Below, piece after piece: positions 40,146 to 49,647 of a DNA stretch of 64,000 nt. The first letter of the stretch is position 1; each line of letters starts with the position of its first letter. The stretch comes from Candidatus Aenigmatarchaeota archaeon (GTDB lineage Archaea; Aenigmatarchaeota; Aenigmatarchaeia; QMZP01; QMZT01). The notes under the pieces are model-generated. The model made no database searches and was not told the origin of the DNA. It saw only the letters and a list, made by a program, of their open reading frames with translations. A program made the position numbers and the translations under genes. The stretch is taken from positions 32,001-96,000 of the forward strand of contig JBGPQP010000003.1 in NCBI GenBank assembly GCA_041489155.1, written 5' to 3'.

Positions 40146-40894
40146 GTTTTTTTGAAAAAGATTATTCTGGCGGGTTTCCCGCCTTTTTTTATAATCACTA
40201 CGTCGCCTTTCTCTAGCCTGCATGCCTGCTCTTCCTGGCCGTCAGAGCAGACTTCGCCTTCCTTGCTCTTGCAGGTTATCGTAACCTTGCCCTTGGCCAT
40301 CGTTATCGCGCCTTTTCTGAGCCTTCCTTGGTAAGGAGCGACTGCCACAACGCCAAACCTGCCCGGCGTGTCGAAAGGCTTCGCGCCAGCCGCCTTTGCG
40401 TAGGCGTAGGAGCCGCTTGGCGTGTAAACTATTATGCCTGAATTCCTTTCCCTCGTTTTCCTCCCGTCTATCGCCAGCTCCGCTTCCATCAGCCTTCTCA
40501 CGTATATCGGTGAGACCAGCACCTCGTTTATGGACTGGAAGGGCATCTTCGTGTTGCTTATCACGGTTTCCAGCCTGGTGAACTCGCGGATGAAATAGTC
40601 CTTCCCTTCCCTGCCGCCGAACAGCTTCCGCGCCTTATTTACGAAATCCCTGCCTGTCGCCGTCGAATAATGCCCGACCGACTTGCCGGGGTTTATGCTG
40701 AACATGGGGCACTCGAGGAACGACTGGTGCTTCAGCATCGTACCATCGCCGCCGACCATTATGGCGAGGTCGCAGTCCTGCGGCTCGTCGAAGACGTATG
40801 CGATGCCATGCTCCCTGAGAATGGAACAGAGCTTGAGCACTATCTGCTCGCCGTATTCCCTTTTCCACGTTATGTAGACTTTCGAGAATTCCAT
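40142..40894 (-). CDS. NAD(+) kinase family protein
   Basis: GGDGT, INE, TPSGSYAY and DG motifs. Confidence 0.85.
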   Translation of the reverse strand: MEFSKVYITWKREYGEQIVLKLCSILREHGIAYVFDEPQDCDLAIMVGGDGTMLKHQSFLECPMFSINPGKSVGHYSTATGRDFVNKARKLFGGREGKDYFIREFTRLETVISNTKMPFQSINEVLVSPIYVRRLMEAELAIDGRKTRERNSGIIVYTPSGSYAYAKAAGAKPFDTPGRFGVVAVAPYQGRLRKGAITMAKGKVTITCKSKEGEVCSDGQEEQACRLEKGDVVIIKKGGKPARIIFFKKT

Positions 40895-41103
40895 GCTTTC
40901 GCCCGTCGTCCGCGCCAGATAAACTAATTTTGTCCGCGGTTCTATATATTCATTTTATAGAGTCCTGCCTTTGCCCCGGCTGCCGGCAAATTACCCAAAA
41001 TTAAGTAAAATTAACCACTATTCGATGACAAAAATATTTATAAATATATAATATAATTAATTAGTAACGATTCGAAGATTTCAACTACCAGAGGTGTTTG
41101 TGG

Positions 41104-42480
41104 ATGGATTTCGGCTTTGAAGGCTTCGACTCCGGTTTCACCGGTTTTGACGTGGATGTAGAAGAGTTTCAGGTCAGCAAAAAGAAGAAATATGACAGGA
41201 TATGGAAAGTCGGTTTCGGCGGAAGCGTGTGTTCAAAACCCGTCATACTCAATGACGTAATATACTTCGGCTCCCTCGACCACAACGTTTATGCTATTGA
41301 TATCAAAACGGAAAAAGAGGTCTGGAGATTCAAGACCAACGGCATAATATTGGATTCTTCCCCGACGATACACAATGGTGTATTGTTTATAGGATGTTTT
41401 GGCGGAACCATTCATGCAATAAACATTCGGACAGGCAGGGAAGTGTGGAATTACAAGGCAGGAGGAGAGATAAACTGCAGGCCGCTTGTCTGGAACGGCG
41501 CGGTTTATTTCACGTCGAAGGACGGTTTTCTTTACGCCGTATACGAAACGGGAGGGAAGGAAATCTGGCGCTTCCGGACAGGAGACGAAATGGTTTCATC
41601 TCCCACTGTCCACAAAGGCAAAATATTCATCGGTTCTTATGACGGCAATCTTTATTGCATCAAGGAGGATACAGGCAAGGAGCTGTGGAGATTCAGAACA
41701 GGGGCGGAGATAGAGAACGATGACCAGTTCCTCATACACGAAGACATCATCTACTTCGGAGGCTTTGACAATTTCCTTTATGCGGTTGATATCGAAACCG
41801 GCAAGGAAATATGGAGGTTCAGGACCGGCAAGTATGGCAACAACAGCGTTCCAGTGATTCATAACGATGTTCTTTACCATGGAAGCAGGGACGGCATTTT
41901 TTACGCGCTTTCGCTTGAAGGCAAGGAGATATGGAGGTTCAAGGCGGGAGCGGAGATAACGGACAAGGGCCCGCTCGTATACAGGGGCAGGATTCACTTC
42001 GGGTGTGGCGACGGGAACGTGTATTGCTTGAGCACCGAAGGAGAGGAAATATGGCGTTACAAGACGGACGGAGGCGTGTACACTTCGATAGTCGAGCATG
42101 AAGGGGTCCTATACTTCGGCAGCTGGGACTGCCACCTGTATGCGCTGGACGCGGACACAGGCAGGGAAATTTGGAGGTTCACGACAAGCACGCTAACAAA
42201 AGCCCCATTACCTCCTGCATACGAATGCTTCGAGATGGAAATCAAAAAGGAAACGCACATAGAAGAGGCCATGGGAGACAGCAGGTACAAGAAGAAAAGG
42301 GAAGAGACATCGTCCCTATCAGATTATCATATTACAAGCGAATACCACACGGAATCGGAGTACAAGCAGAAATCAGAGTACGATACGAACTGGGTCATGT
42401 TTGAAGATGTCATGGAAGGAGAGGAATTATGTCTTTTGGATTCGAAGGTTTCGCATCCTCGGATTTTGAGACCGAGCTAG
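41104..42480 (+). CDS. PQQ-like (BamB-type) 8-bladed beta-propeller, paralog 1
   Basis: Repeated YFGS.D..LYA.D..TGKE.WRF.T; no signal peptide; (S[DE]Yxxx)4 tail. Confidence 0.9.
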   Translation: MDFGFEGFDSGFTGFDVDVEEFQVSKKKKYDRIWKVGFGGSVCSKPVILNDVIYFGSLDHNVYAIDIKTEKEVWRFKTNGIILDSSPTIHNGVLFIGCFGGTIHAINIRTGREVWNYKAGGEINCRPLVWNGAVYFTSKDGFLYAVYETGGKEIWRFRTGDEMVSSPTVHKGKIFIGSYDGNLYCIKEDTGKELWRFRTGAEIENDDQFLIHEDIIYFGGFDNFLYAVDIETGKEIWRFRTGKYGNNSVPVIHNDVLYHGSRDGIFYALSLEGKEIWRFKAGAEITDKGPLVYRGRIHFGCGDGNVYCLSTEGEEIWRYKTDGGVYTSIVEHEGVLYFGSWDCHLYALDADTGREIWRFTTSTLTKAPLPPAYECFEMEIKKETHIEEAMGDSRYKKKREETSSLSDYHITSEYHTESEYKQKSEYDTNWVMFEDVMEGEELCLLDSKVSHPRILRPS

Positions 42481-43784
42481 AGGATTTCAGCGTGAAGAGG
42501 ATCGGCAAGTTCGACAGGATGTGGAAGATTACCGAAGGCGGCAGCATAGCCCATTCCATACTGCACGACGGCATGGTTTACTTCGGTTCTTGTGACAGAA
42601 ATGTTTACGCCGTTGATTGCAAGAGCGGCAAGGAGATATGGAGGTTCAAGACCGGAGGACCTGTAACAGCAATGCCCTTTTTTAAGGAAGGCGTGCTTTA
42701 CATAGGCTCGCATGACGGCAAATTCTATGCGCTTGAAGCAAAGAGTGGAAAGGAGATGTGGAGATTCAACGCAGGCAGCGAGATATTTTCCGGTTCATTC
42801 GTTCATGAGGGCATGATTTTCTTCGGCTGCAGGAGCGGTTATTTTTACGCGCTGAACACCGAAGGCGAAGAGCTCTGGAGGTTCAGGACGGGCAGCGAAA
42901 TAGTCTTCAATCCCGTCGCCGCAAATGGAAAGGTTTTCGTGGGCTCGTTCGACAGGAACCTTTATTGCTTGGACTTCGAAAACGGCAAAGAACTCTGGAG
43001 GTTTAAGACAGGAGACATCGTGCACGCTGACATCATGCCGCTGGTTCTGGAAAATATGATTTACTTCGCTTCTTTTGACAGCTATCTGTACGCAGTCGAC
43101 GTTACAAGCGGCAAGGAGATATGGAGGTTCAAGACAGGAAAATACGGAAATGCAGGAAGTCCCGTGTGTTACAGAGGAGTCATCTACCACGGTTCCAGAG
43201 ACGGAATTCTTTATGTCCTGACTCTTGAAGGCAAAGAAATGTGGAGATTCAAGACGGGAGGCATGCTAGAATCTCCACCTCTAGTCAAGGATGCTTATGT
43301 TTATCTGACTTCCGAGGACGGGAATGTTTACTGCCTAAATCTCGATGGGAAAGAGCTGTGGAGGTTCAAGGCCGGAGGAGCGATTTACACCTCGCCTAAA
43401 TTCTACAAAAACGTTCTTTACATTGGCTCATGGGACTGCCATCTTTATGCGCTGAATCTCAGGGGGGAAGAAATCTGGAGATTCGCAACAAGCTCTCTCG
43501 TTCCAGCACAAATACCGCCGGCCCACGAGGCCTTCAAGATGGAGATATCAAAAACGTTTGAAAGCGATACCATTGAAGAAAAGGACAAATACAAGGCGAA
43601 GAAAGACGAGACAATCTCGCTTTCCGACTATCACGTCAAAAGTGAATATCACACGGAAAGCGAGTACAAGCAGAAGAGTGAATATGAAGCCAACTGGGTT
43701 ATATTTGAAGGAGTTCTAGAAGGTGAACAGATATGGACTTCGGATTTGAAGATCTTGACACCGGCTTCTCGGCTTTCGACGTAG
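42429..43784 (+). CDS. PQQ-like beta-propeller, paralog 2
   Basis: Same repeats and tail; SD GGAGAGG; 52-nt overlap with paralog 1. Confidence 0.9.
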   Translation: MSFGFEGFASSDFETELEDFSVKRIGKFDRMWKITEGGSIAHSILHDGMVYFGSCDRNVYAVDCKSGKEIWRFKTGGPVTAMPFFKEGVLYIGSHDGKFYALEAKSGKEMWRFNAGSEIFSGSFVHEGMIFFGCRSGYFYALNTEGEELWRFRTGSEIVFNPVAANGKVFVGSFDRNLYCLDFENGKELWRFKTGDIVHADIMPLVLENMIYFASFDSYLYAVDVTSGKEIWRFKTGKYGNAGSPVCYRGVIYHGSRDGILYVLTLEGKEMWRFKTGGMLESPPLVKDAYVYLTSEDGNVYCLNLDGKELWRFKAGGAIYTSPKFYKNVLYIGSWDCHLYALNLRGEEIWRFATSSLVPAQIPPAHEAFKMEISKTFESDTIEEKDKYKAKKDETISLSDYHVKSEYHTESEYKQKSEYEANWVIFEGVLEGEQIWTSDLKILTPASRLST

Positions 43785-45115
43785 ACGTAGAGGAAGTCGT
43801 GGTGAAGAAGACGAAGACTTACGACAGGGTATGGAAGACAACCATGGGCGGGAGCATAGACAACAACCCGCTGATGCATGAAGGGATTATCTACTTTGGC
43901 GCGTGCGACGGCCAAGTCTATGCGGTTGATGCAGGAAGCGGCAAAGTCATCTGGACGTTCAGGACGAGCGACACCATAGTCGGCTCCTCGCCCGCGCTTT
44001 TCGGGAACTCGATAATCATAGGATCGTACGACGGGAACCTCTACAGGATAGATTTGGAAAAAAGGGATGCGGTCTGGGTTTTTAAAACCTCGGGCAAGAT
44101 ATTCAGCTCGCCGTTTGTATACGGGGAAAACGCCTATTTCGGCTCGATGGACGGTAACGTTTATGCGGTCAACTGCGAGGTCGGCAAGGAGACCTGGAGA
44201 TTCAGGACGGGCGGGGAGATAGCGTCATCGCCGCTGGTTGAGAACGGAAAGGTGTACATCACATCTTACGACCATAACATGTATTGCTTGGATGCTGAAA
44301 CAGGAAAGGAATTGTGGAGGTTCAGGACAGGGGACGAGATGATAAACAACATACCCTTCATAGTACACAGGGGAGTTCTCTATTTTGGCAGCCTAGACAA
44401 TTATCTTTACGCTGTTGACTGCAACACAGGCAAGGAGCTGTGGAGATTCAAAGCTGGCAAATACGGCATCGGAGGCAGCATGCCAGTCGTCCACAAAGAT
44501 GTGCTTTACTTCGGTACAAGGGACGGGGACTTTTTTGCCCTCACTCTTAGAGGTAAGGAGCTCTGGCGCTTCCGCGCGGGCGAGCCGATAATCGGACAGC
44601 AGCCAAGGATTTACAATGGCATGATAATTTTCGGATGCGAGGACGGCAACATTTATTTCCTTGATATCAAAGGCAAGGAAATAGGAAGATTCAAGACAGG
44701 CGGAAGACTTTACGGAAAGTTCCTTTTGCATGAAGGCAAGATATACATCGGCAGCTGGGACTGTTATCTTTATTGCATAGATACTGAGAACAGGAAGGAA
44801 GTATGGAGATGCCCGACGTCGACAATGGTGCAGGCCTACATACCGCCGGCACACGCCTCGTTCAGCGTCGAGATAAAGAAGGGCGTGCATATAGAAGACG
44901 CTGTCAGCGAGGACAAATACAGGTCGAAAAAGAAGGAAGAAGTTGTTTCCCTTTCTGATTATCACGTGAAAAGCGAATATCATACGGAAAGCGAGTACAA
45001 ACAAAAATCAGAATACGATACTAACTGGGTTATGTTTGAAGATGTCACGGAAGGAGAGGAATTATGTCTTTTGGATTCGACACTTTTGAATCCGGTTTCT
45101 CGGATTTTGATGTAG
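43733..45115 (+). CDS. PQQ-like beta-propeller, paralog 3
   Basis: Same repeats and tail; SD GGTGA; 52-nt overlap with paralog 2. Confidence 0.9.
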   Translation: MDFGFEDLDTGFSAFDVDVEEVVVKKTKTYDRVWKTTMGGSIDNNPLMHEGIIYFGACDGQVYAVDAGSGKVIWTFRTSDTIVGSSPALFGNSIIIGSYDGNLYRIDLEKRDAVWVFKTSGKIFSSPFVYGENAYFGSMDGNVYAVNCEVGKETWRFRTGGEIASSPLVENGKVYITSYDHNMYCLDAETGKELWRFRTGDEMINNIPFIVHRGVLYFGSLDNYLYAVDCNTGKELWRFKAGKYGIGGSMPVVHKDVLYFGTRDGDFFALTLRGKELWRFRAGEPIIGQQPRIYNGMIIFGCEDGNIYFLDIKGKEIGRFKTGGRLYGKFLLHEGKIYIGSWDCYLYCIDTENRKEVWRCPTSTMVQAYIPPAHASFSVEIKKGVHIEDAVSEDKYRSKKKEEVVSLSDYHVKSEYHTESEYKQKSEYDTNWVMFEDVTEGEELCLLDSTLLNPVSRILM

Positions 45116-46428
45116 ACGTTGAAGAAGTGACGATGAGGAAGACCAAGAAGTTCGACCGCGTATTCCGCGTCGGCTTCGGCGGCAGCATAAACCAGAAGCC
45201 GCTTATTTTGGGCGATATCATCGTTTTCGGCTCCATGGACCATTACCTTTATGCGGTTAATCTGGAGACCGGCATGGAAGCATGGAGGATGAAGGCGAAC
45301 GGCATCTTCATGGAATCGTCGCCCGTGACAGACGGCGAGACGGTTTTCATTGGCAGTTATGATTATTGCCTTTACGCAGTTGACCCCGAAGACGGCGGCA
45401 TCAGATGGAGGTTCAGAACAGGAGGCGAAATCCTAGGCACGCCCGCACTGGACGAAAAGCATGTTTACATAGGTTCAAGGGATGGAAGCTTTTATTGTCT
45501 GGACAAAGAGTCGGGCAAAGAACTTTGGAGGTTCAGGACAGGAGACTGGGTTGTAGCGAGCGCATTTGTCGATAAGGGAAGGGTCTACATAGGCTCCTTT
45601 GATGGCAATTTCTACTGTCTCGACAAGCGCACAGGCAAGGAGATATGGCGCTTCAGGGCCGGTGCGGAGATATACGATGTCTACCCTGGTAATGTAATGA
45701 ATGGCAGAATTTTCGTTCCATGTTTTGACAACAACCTCTACTGCATCAATGCGGACAACGGCAAGGAAATATGGAGGTTCAGGGTCGGCAGATACGGCAC
45801 TGCAACTGCGCCAGCCGTCTACAAAAACGTGCTTTACCAGGAATCAAGGGACGGCATCCTTTACGCCCTGACGCTTGATGGCAAGGAGATCTGGAGATTC
45901 AAGACAGGCGGCCTCATAGGGATGCCTGTCATAAAAGAGGACAGGATCTATGTCGGCTCGGCTGACAAGAATCTTTACTGCGTAGATCTGCATGGAAAAG
46001 AGCTATGGAGATTCAGGACTGACGGAGATGTTTTCTGGTGCCCTGTGATAAAAGGCAACGTGATATACTTCACCTCTTGGGACTGCCACCTTTACGCCGT
46101 AGATTTGGAAACGCGCAAAGAGTTGTGGAGGTTTGCGACTTCCACGTTGTCGCAGGCCGAGTGGCCTCCTGCGTACGAAGGCTGGGAAGCAGAAATAAAG
46201 AAGGGAATGCACATAGAGGACGCAATAACAGAGGAAAGATACAAGGCCAGGAAAAAGGAGAACGTGGTTTCACTCTCCGATTACCACGTTGCCAGCGAGT
46301 ATCATATGGAATCTGAATATAAGCAAAAGTCTGATTACAGCACTAACTGGGCTATGTTCGAGGAAGACCTGATTACAGGGTTCATTCAGGCAGAGAGTAT
46401 CAACATTCTGCAGAAATTTATGAAGTAA
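45064..46428 (+). CDS. PQQ-like beta-propeller, paralog 4
   Basis: Same repeats and tail; SD GGAGAGG; 52-nt overlap with paralog 3. Confidence 0.9.
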   Translation: MSFGFDTFESGFSDFDVDVEEVTMRKTKKFDRVFRVGFGGSINQKPLILGDIIVFGSMDHYLYAVNLETGMEAWRMKANGIFMESSPVTDGETVFIGSYDYCLYAVDPEDGGIRWRFRTGGEILGTPALDEKHVYIGSRDGSFYCLDKESGKELWRFRTGDWVVASAFVDKGRVYIGSFDGNFYCLDKRTGKEIWRFRAGAEIYDVYPGNVMNGRIFVPCFDNNLYCINADNGKEIWRFRVGRYGTATAPAVYKNVLYQESRDGILYALTLDGKEIWRFKTGGLIGMPVIKEDRIYVGSADKNLYCVDLHGKELWRFRTDGDVFWCPVIKGNVIYFTSWDCHLYAVDLETRKELWRFATSTLSQAEWPPAYEGWEAEIKKGMHIEDAITEERYKARKKENVVSLSDYHVASEYHMESEYKQKSDYSTNWAMFEEDLITGFIQAESINILQKFMK

Positions 46429-46440
46429 AAAAGCCTGACC

Positions 46441-47520
46441 CTAATCGGCGACATGAGGCAGCAGGTTCGCTTTTTTCGTCAGCCACCATACAATTAAGGT
46501 TGCCACTATCGTACAAATAGCAAGAACCGGAATGTACCAGTAGACGTCGTCAGCAGTGAACTGGAACATGGGATTGCCGGCGATGGTCGCGATGGTGTTC
46601 GGGACCAGCAGCGCGGTGCCTATTATCGCAAGATACGCCGCCAGCAGCGCGAGGCGGTTGTTGAGAATCTGGAGCTGGTTATTGTATATTGATTGCAGCA
46701 CTTCGAGGCCGCTGGCAAGGACCTCGCTCAGGTGCTCGGCAAGGCCGATGTGCGAATGCACCTCGCCGACCAGGCCGCTAAGCCGGTCAAGTATTTTGGA
46801 ATCATCCGTGAGCAAATCAGGGTCGCCGTAGCGTATCGAGTTCAGCGCATCCACGGTTGACCACATCCCCCCGAGATAGACGATGAGCGCGTGCTTCATC
46901 TGGTGTATCTTGGGACCCAGAATCTGCCGCGGCGTTTTGGGATCCGAAAGTTCCTCGCTCATCTTGTCTCCCAACTCTTCTATCTCCCTCAGGTGGTCGA
47001 AGTTGCGCGAGTTATTTTCATCGATTATGCGAATCAGAAGCATCGTTATCTTGTCGTTCTGCAAAAGACCTTCAGGAAGCTTTCTCAGCAGGGTTTCAGC
47101 GTATCTTCTCACGCGGAAAAACCTTTTGGTTTCAATCGTGTGTATCGTGAAGATTACGTTCTGCTTTATGAAAATCAGGAGAGGATCTATGTCCACTTCG
47201 AAGCCCTTGACTTTCAACGCGGGAAGCAGAATGCCGACCTCGTTGCCAAAATCCTCGTAGCCGCTTCGGGAGGATTTAATGATTTTCTTGGCAAGCTGCT
47301 CGGTAAAGCCCAGCGATGTTGCGACTTCAACGCTTTCAGTTTCAAAGTCGCTCACAACGTAATCTATCCACGCTACGGTCGCTTCTTTTATCAGCGGGCA
47401 AAAATCCTTTACGTTGTCCGACTCCTTGCACCTCGTCTCGCCGCTTTCGTAAAGCGCTGCGCAGAAGCCGCGGTTTTCAAAAACCGAATCCTTGTTTTCC
47501 CCTTCATTCGCGTTTTCCAT
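46441..47520 (-). CDS. corA: CorA-family divalent cation transporter
   Basis: WID, long helical cytoplasmic domain, LNNRL and two C-terminal TM helices; the GMN motif is divergent (AGNP). Confidence 0.75.
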   Translation of the reverse strand: MENANEGENKDSVFENRGFCAALYESGETRCKESDNVKDFCPLIKEATVAWIDYVVSDFETESVEVATSLGFTEQLAKKIIKSSRSGYEDFGNEVGILLPALKVKGFEVDIDPLLIFIKQNVIFTIHTIETKRFFRVRRYAETLLRKLPEGLLQNDKITMLLIRIIDENNSRNFDHLREIEELGDKMSEELSDPKTPRQILGPKIHQMKHALIVYLGGMWSTVDALNSIRYGDPDLLTDDSKILDRLSGLVGEVHSHIGLAEHLSEVLASGLEVLQSIYNNQLQILNNRLALLAAYLAIIGTALLVPNTIATIAGNPMFQFTADDVYWYIPVLAICTIVATLIVWWLTKKANLLPHVAD

Positions 47521-47553
47521 ATTTTACTATCGTTTCGGGAAATATAAATCCCT

Positions 47554-48153
47554 TTAAATGCCCAGAAATCTTTCGGCGATTTTTTTCACATCCTCGAATA
47601 CTTCATCCTTAGTCCTGTCGCCGTTTACCACGAAGAAGCGCTCGTCCTTCGCCATTCTGTGATACGCGTCCCTAACCTTGCGCAGCAGCTCGACCTTCTC
47701 GAGCCTGTCGTCCGGTCTCGCCCGCTTCCGCTGCAGCGAAATCTCGGGTGCGATATCGATGAAAATCACGAGGTCCGGCTTCCTCACGTTCTCATGCAGC
47801 TTCCTTATCCATTCCGGCTTAACGCCGAATATCGCCGATTCGTAGGCGATTGTGGAATAATAATATCTGTCCGAGACGACAGTCTTGCCATCCGCCAGCG
47901 CGGGCAGAATCGTTTTCTTCAGATGCTCGAAGCGGTCGGCCGTGTAAAGGAGAGCAATTGTCTCGCCACTTTTCAACTCGAACTTGCCCGCGAGCCAGTC
48001 TTTCACGAGCCTGCCTGCCGGATTATCCGGGCTCGGCTCCTCCGTGTAAAGCACTTGCGCGCCTTTCTTGCGCAGATGCCCGCACAGCAACTGTGCCTGA
48101 GTCGCCTTGCCGGATTTATCGATGCCCTCGAACACGATGAACTTGCCCTGCAT
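47554..48153 (-). CDS. tmk: Thymidylate kinase
   Basis: FIVFEGIDKSGKAT, EEP, ADRFEH, SDRYYYS and PDLVIF motifs. Confidence 0.95.
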   Translation of the reverse strand: MQGKFIVFEGIDKSGKATQAQLLCGHLRKKGAQVLYTEEPSPDNPAGRLVKDWLAGKFELKSGETIALLYTADRFEHLKKTILPALADGKTVVSDRYYYSTIAYESAIFGVKPEWIRKLHENVRKPDLVIFIDIAPEISLQRKRARPDDRLEKVELLRKVRDAYHRMAKDERFFVVNGDRTKDEVFEDVKKIAERFLGI

Positions 48154-48181
48154 AAAGAACAATAATATTTTTACAATTTAA

Positions 48182-48718
48182 TTAATAAGGCACATTCTTA
48201 AGATTCAGAAGATACGCCACGAAGTTCGCTGACAGATGGATTATCGGCGTCATTACCAGAAGTATAACAATCCATTCCCATTTTAATGCGACCACAAGGC
48301 TAGCGAAGACAAGCATTCCAGCTATGAAGTCGAGTTGGTCCAGCAGCGGCGCCGGCCTGCCGCGTGCGATGCCAAGACGTCTTTTTATCGCTGAGCCTCC
48401 GATGTCGCCGAGCATCGCGCCGAGGCCCATCACGAAGCCGAGCAGCGGTGTCATGGGAACGATATCGAGCAGAACAGGCGACAGGTTCCATGGCAGAAGC
48501 GGAGCGACGAACATCTGGAACATCGCGACGAGCATCGCGACAATCACTCCTAGCGCCAGACCTTCCCACGTTTTGCCTGGTCCAAAAATCTGCTTGCCCC
48601 GCCACGTGCGCCCGCCATCTATCGCTCGTTTTCCTTTTGCAAGCATGCATAATCCGTTCGCTCCGTAGGCAGGCCACATGAGCCAGACGGCTTCGACGAA
48701 CGTGTAGATGTCTATCAT
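48182..48718 (-). CDS. carS: CDP-archaeol synthase
   Basis: PAYGAN, IDGG, FGPGKTWEG, GDIGGSAIKRRLG, LDQLDF and K.VPY motifs. Confidence 0.92.
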   Translation of the reverse strand: MIDIYTFVEAVWLMWPAYGANGLCMLAKGKRAIDGGRTWRGKQIFGPGKTWEGLALGVIVAMLVAMFQMFVAPLLPWNLSPVLLDIVPMTPLLGFVMGLGAMLGDIGGSAIKRRLGIARGRPAPLLDQLDFIAGMLVFASLVVALKWEWIVILLVMTPIIHLSANFVAYLLNLKNVPY

Positions 48719-49647
48719 AATGCCAACAACCCAGCGAGTTTATCTATGTTTTCAATAACATATTTTGGCTTAGCTGTCTTTAATTTACCGGCGAGTTTAG
48801 GGTCGGCCAGTGCCTTTTCATCAACAGGCATCGAAACCCCGTCTATCGTCCTCGCGTCAGCCATGTGCAGCGAGCCGAGAGGAACGCGCGCCAGCTTGCC
48901 GGACGGCGTCTGTGAAGGGTCGATGCTCAGAACCTTTGGAAGCTTTTCATGGCCTCCCATTACGTTTATTTTCAGTTCTTTCTTTATCTGTTCTGCCCAT
49001 CTGCCGGTGAAGCTCGCGAGTGGGTCGCTCTTTGAGAACATGAAATATTTGTCATAGAATGAGCCAGGCCTCGGTTTGTCGAGCATTATGTAAACATGGA
49101 AAGAGCTGCCCGTCCAGGAAACGAACGGTTCGGCTTTGCCAATCAACTTTGCCAGGTTCTCGTCTTTCCTGACAATCTCGCAGAAAGCTTTTGTGACCTT
49201 TTGTGCCGTTTCAAGAAGAACGCCTTCACCTCTGTCCATGTCGAAGAATATGCGGTCTATCGGCTTTCCTGCGCCTTCGCAGTTCGCCGCATAGAAAAAA
49301 TCCATGAGCTTGCGCGGAGGGAAGTAGGACCATACCAGTTTCTGCTTTTCAGTAAGCTGATTCTCAACGTCCTTGAGATGATGCTTGCCGCGAACTTCGA
49401 GGAACTCCGGTGTTATAGCCTCCACGAAATCTTCGATGAACAGCTTCGGTTTGTTGGAGCCGCGGTTCAGGAAATATTTTATGTTACCCTGCGGCAGCCA
49501 TACTTTCGATGCGAGTTCCTTGCCGTGCAGGAATTTTTTCAGTTTCTCGCCAGCGATTCCATAGAGCAGGAGGACGTCGATATCTCCGTATGGCCTTACC
49601 ACGTCCTTAACCTCTTTTGCTAGGCTTGAAAGTGAATTCATGGTCAT
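48715..49647 (-). CDS. Archaeo-eukaryotic primase-type polymerase, LigD Pol-domain-like
   Basis: DRIFFDMD (DxD), SWTGSSFHVY (motif II), IDPSQ and PLGSL; coupled to the LigD PE gene. Confidence 0.7.
   Translation of the reverse strand: MTMNSLSSLAKEVKDVVRPYGDIDVLLLYGIAGEKLKKFLHGKELASKVWLPQGNIKYFLNRGSNKPKLFIEDFVEAITPEFLEVRGKHHLKDVENQLTEKQKLVWSYFPPRKLMDFFYAANCEGAGKPIDRIFFDMDRGEGVLLETAQKVTKAFCEIVRKDENLAKLIGKAEPFVSWTGSSFHVYIMLDKPRPGSFYDKYFMFSKSDPLASFTGRWAEQIKKELKINVMGGHEKLPKVLSIDPSQTPSGKLARVPLGSLHMADARTIDGVSMPVDEKALADPKLAGKLKTAKPKYVIENIDKLAGLLAL

Noticed and set aside
42420..42480. Programmed frameshift or amber readthrough fusing the propeller genes into one polyprotein
   Set aside because: There is no canonical slippery heptamer shared by all three junctions, each downstream ATG has its own SD, and TAG readthrough would remain in the wrong frame.
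41104..46428. Diversity-generating retroelement or CRISPR-like explanation for the repeated 3' segments of the propeller genes
   Set aside because: No reverse transcriptase is in the window, the differences are synonymous rather than adenine-specific, and the repeats are coding with no spacer structure.
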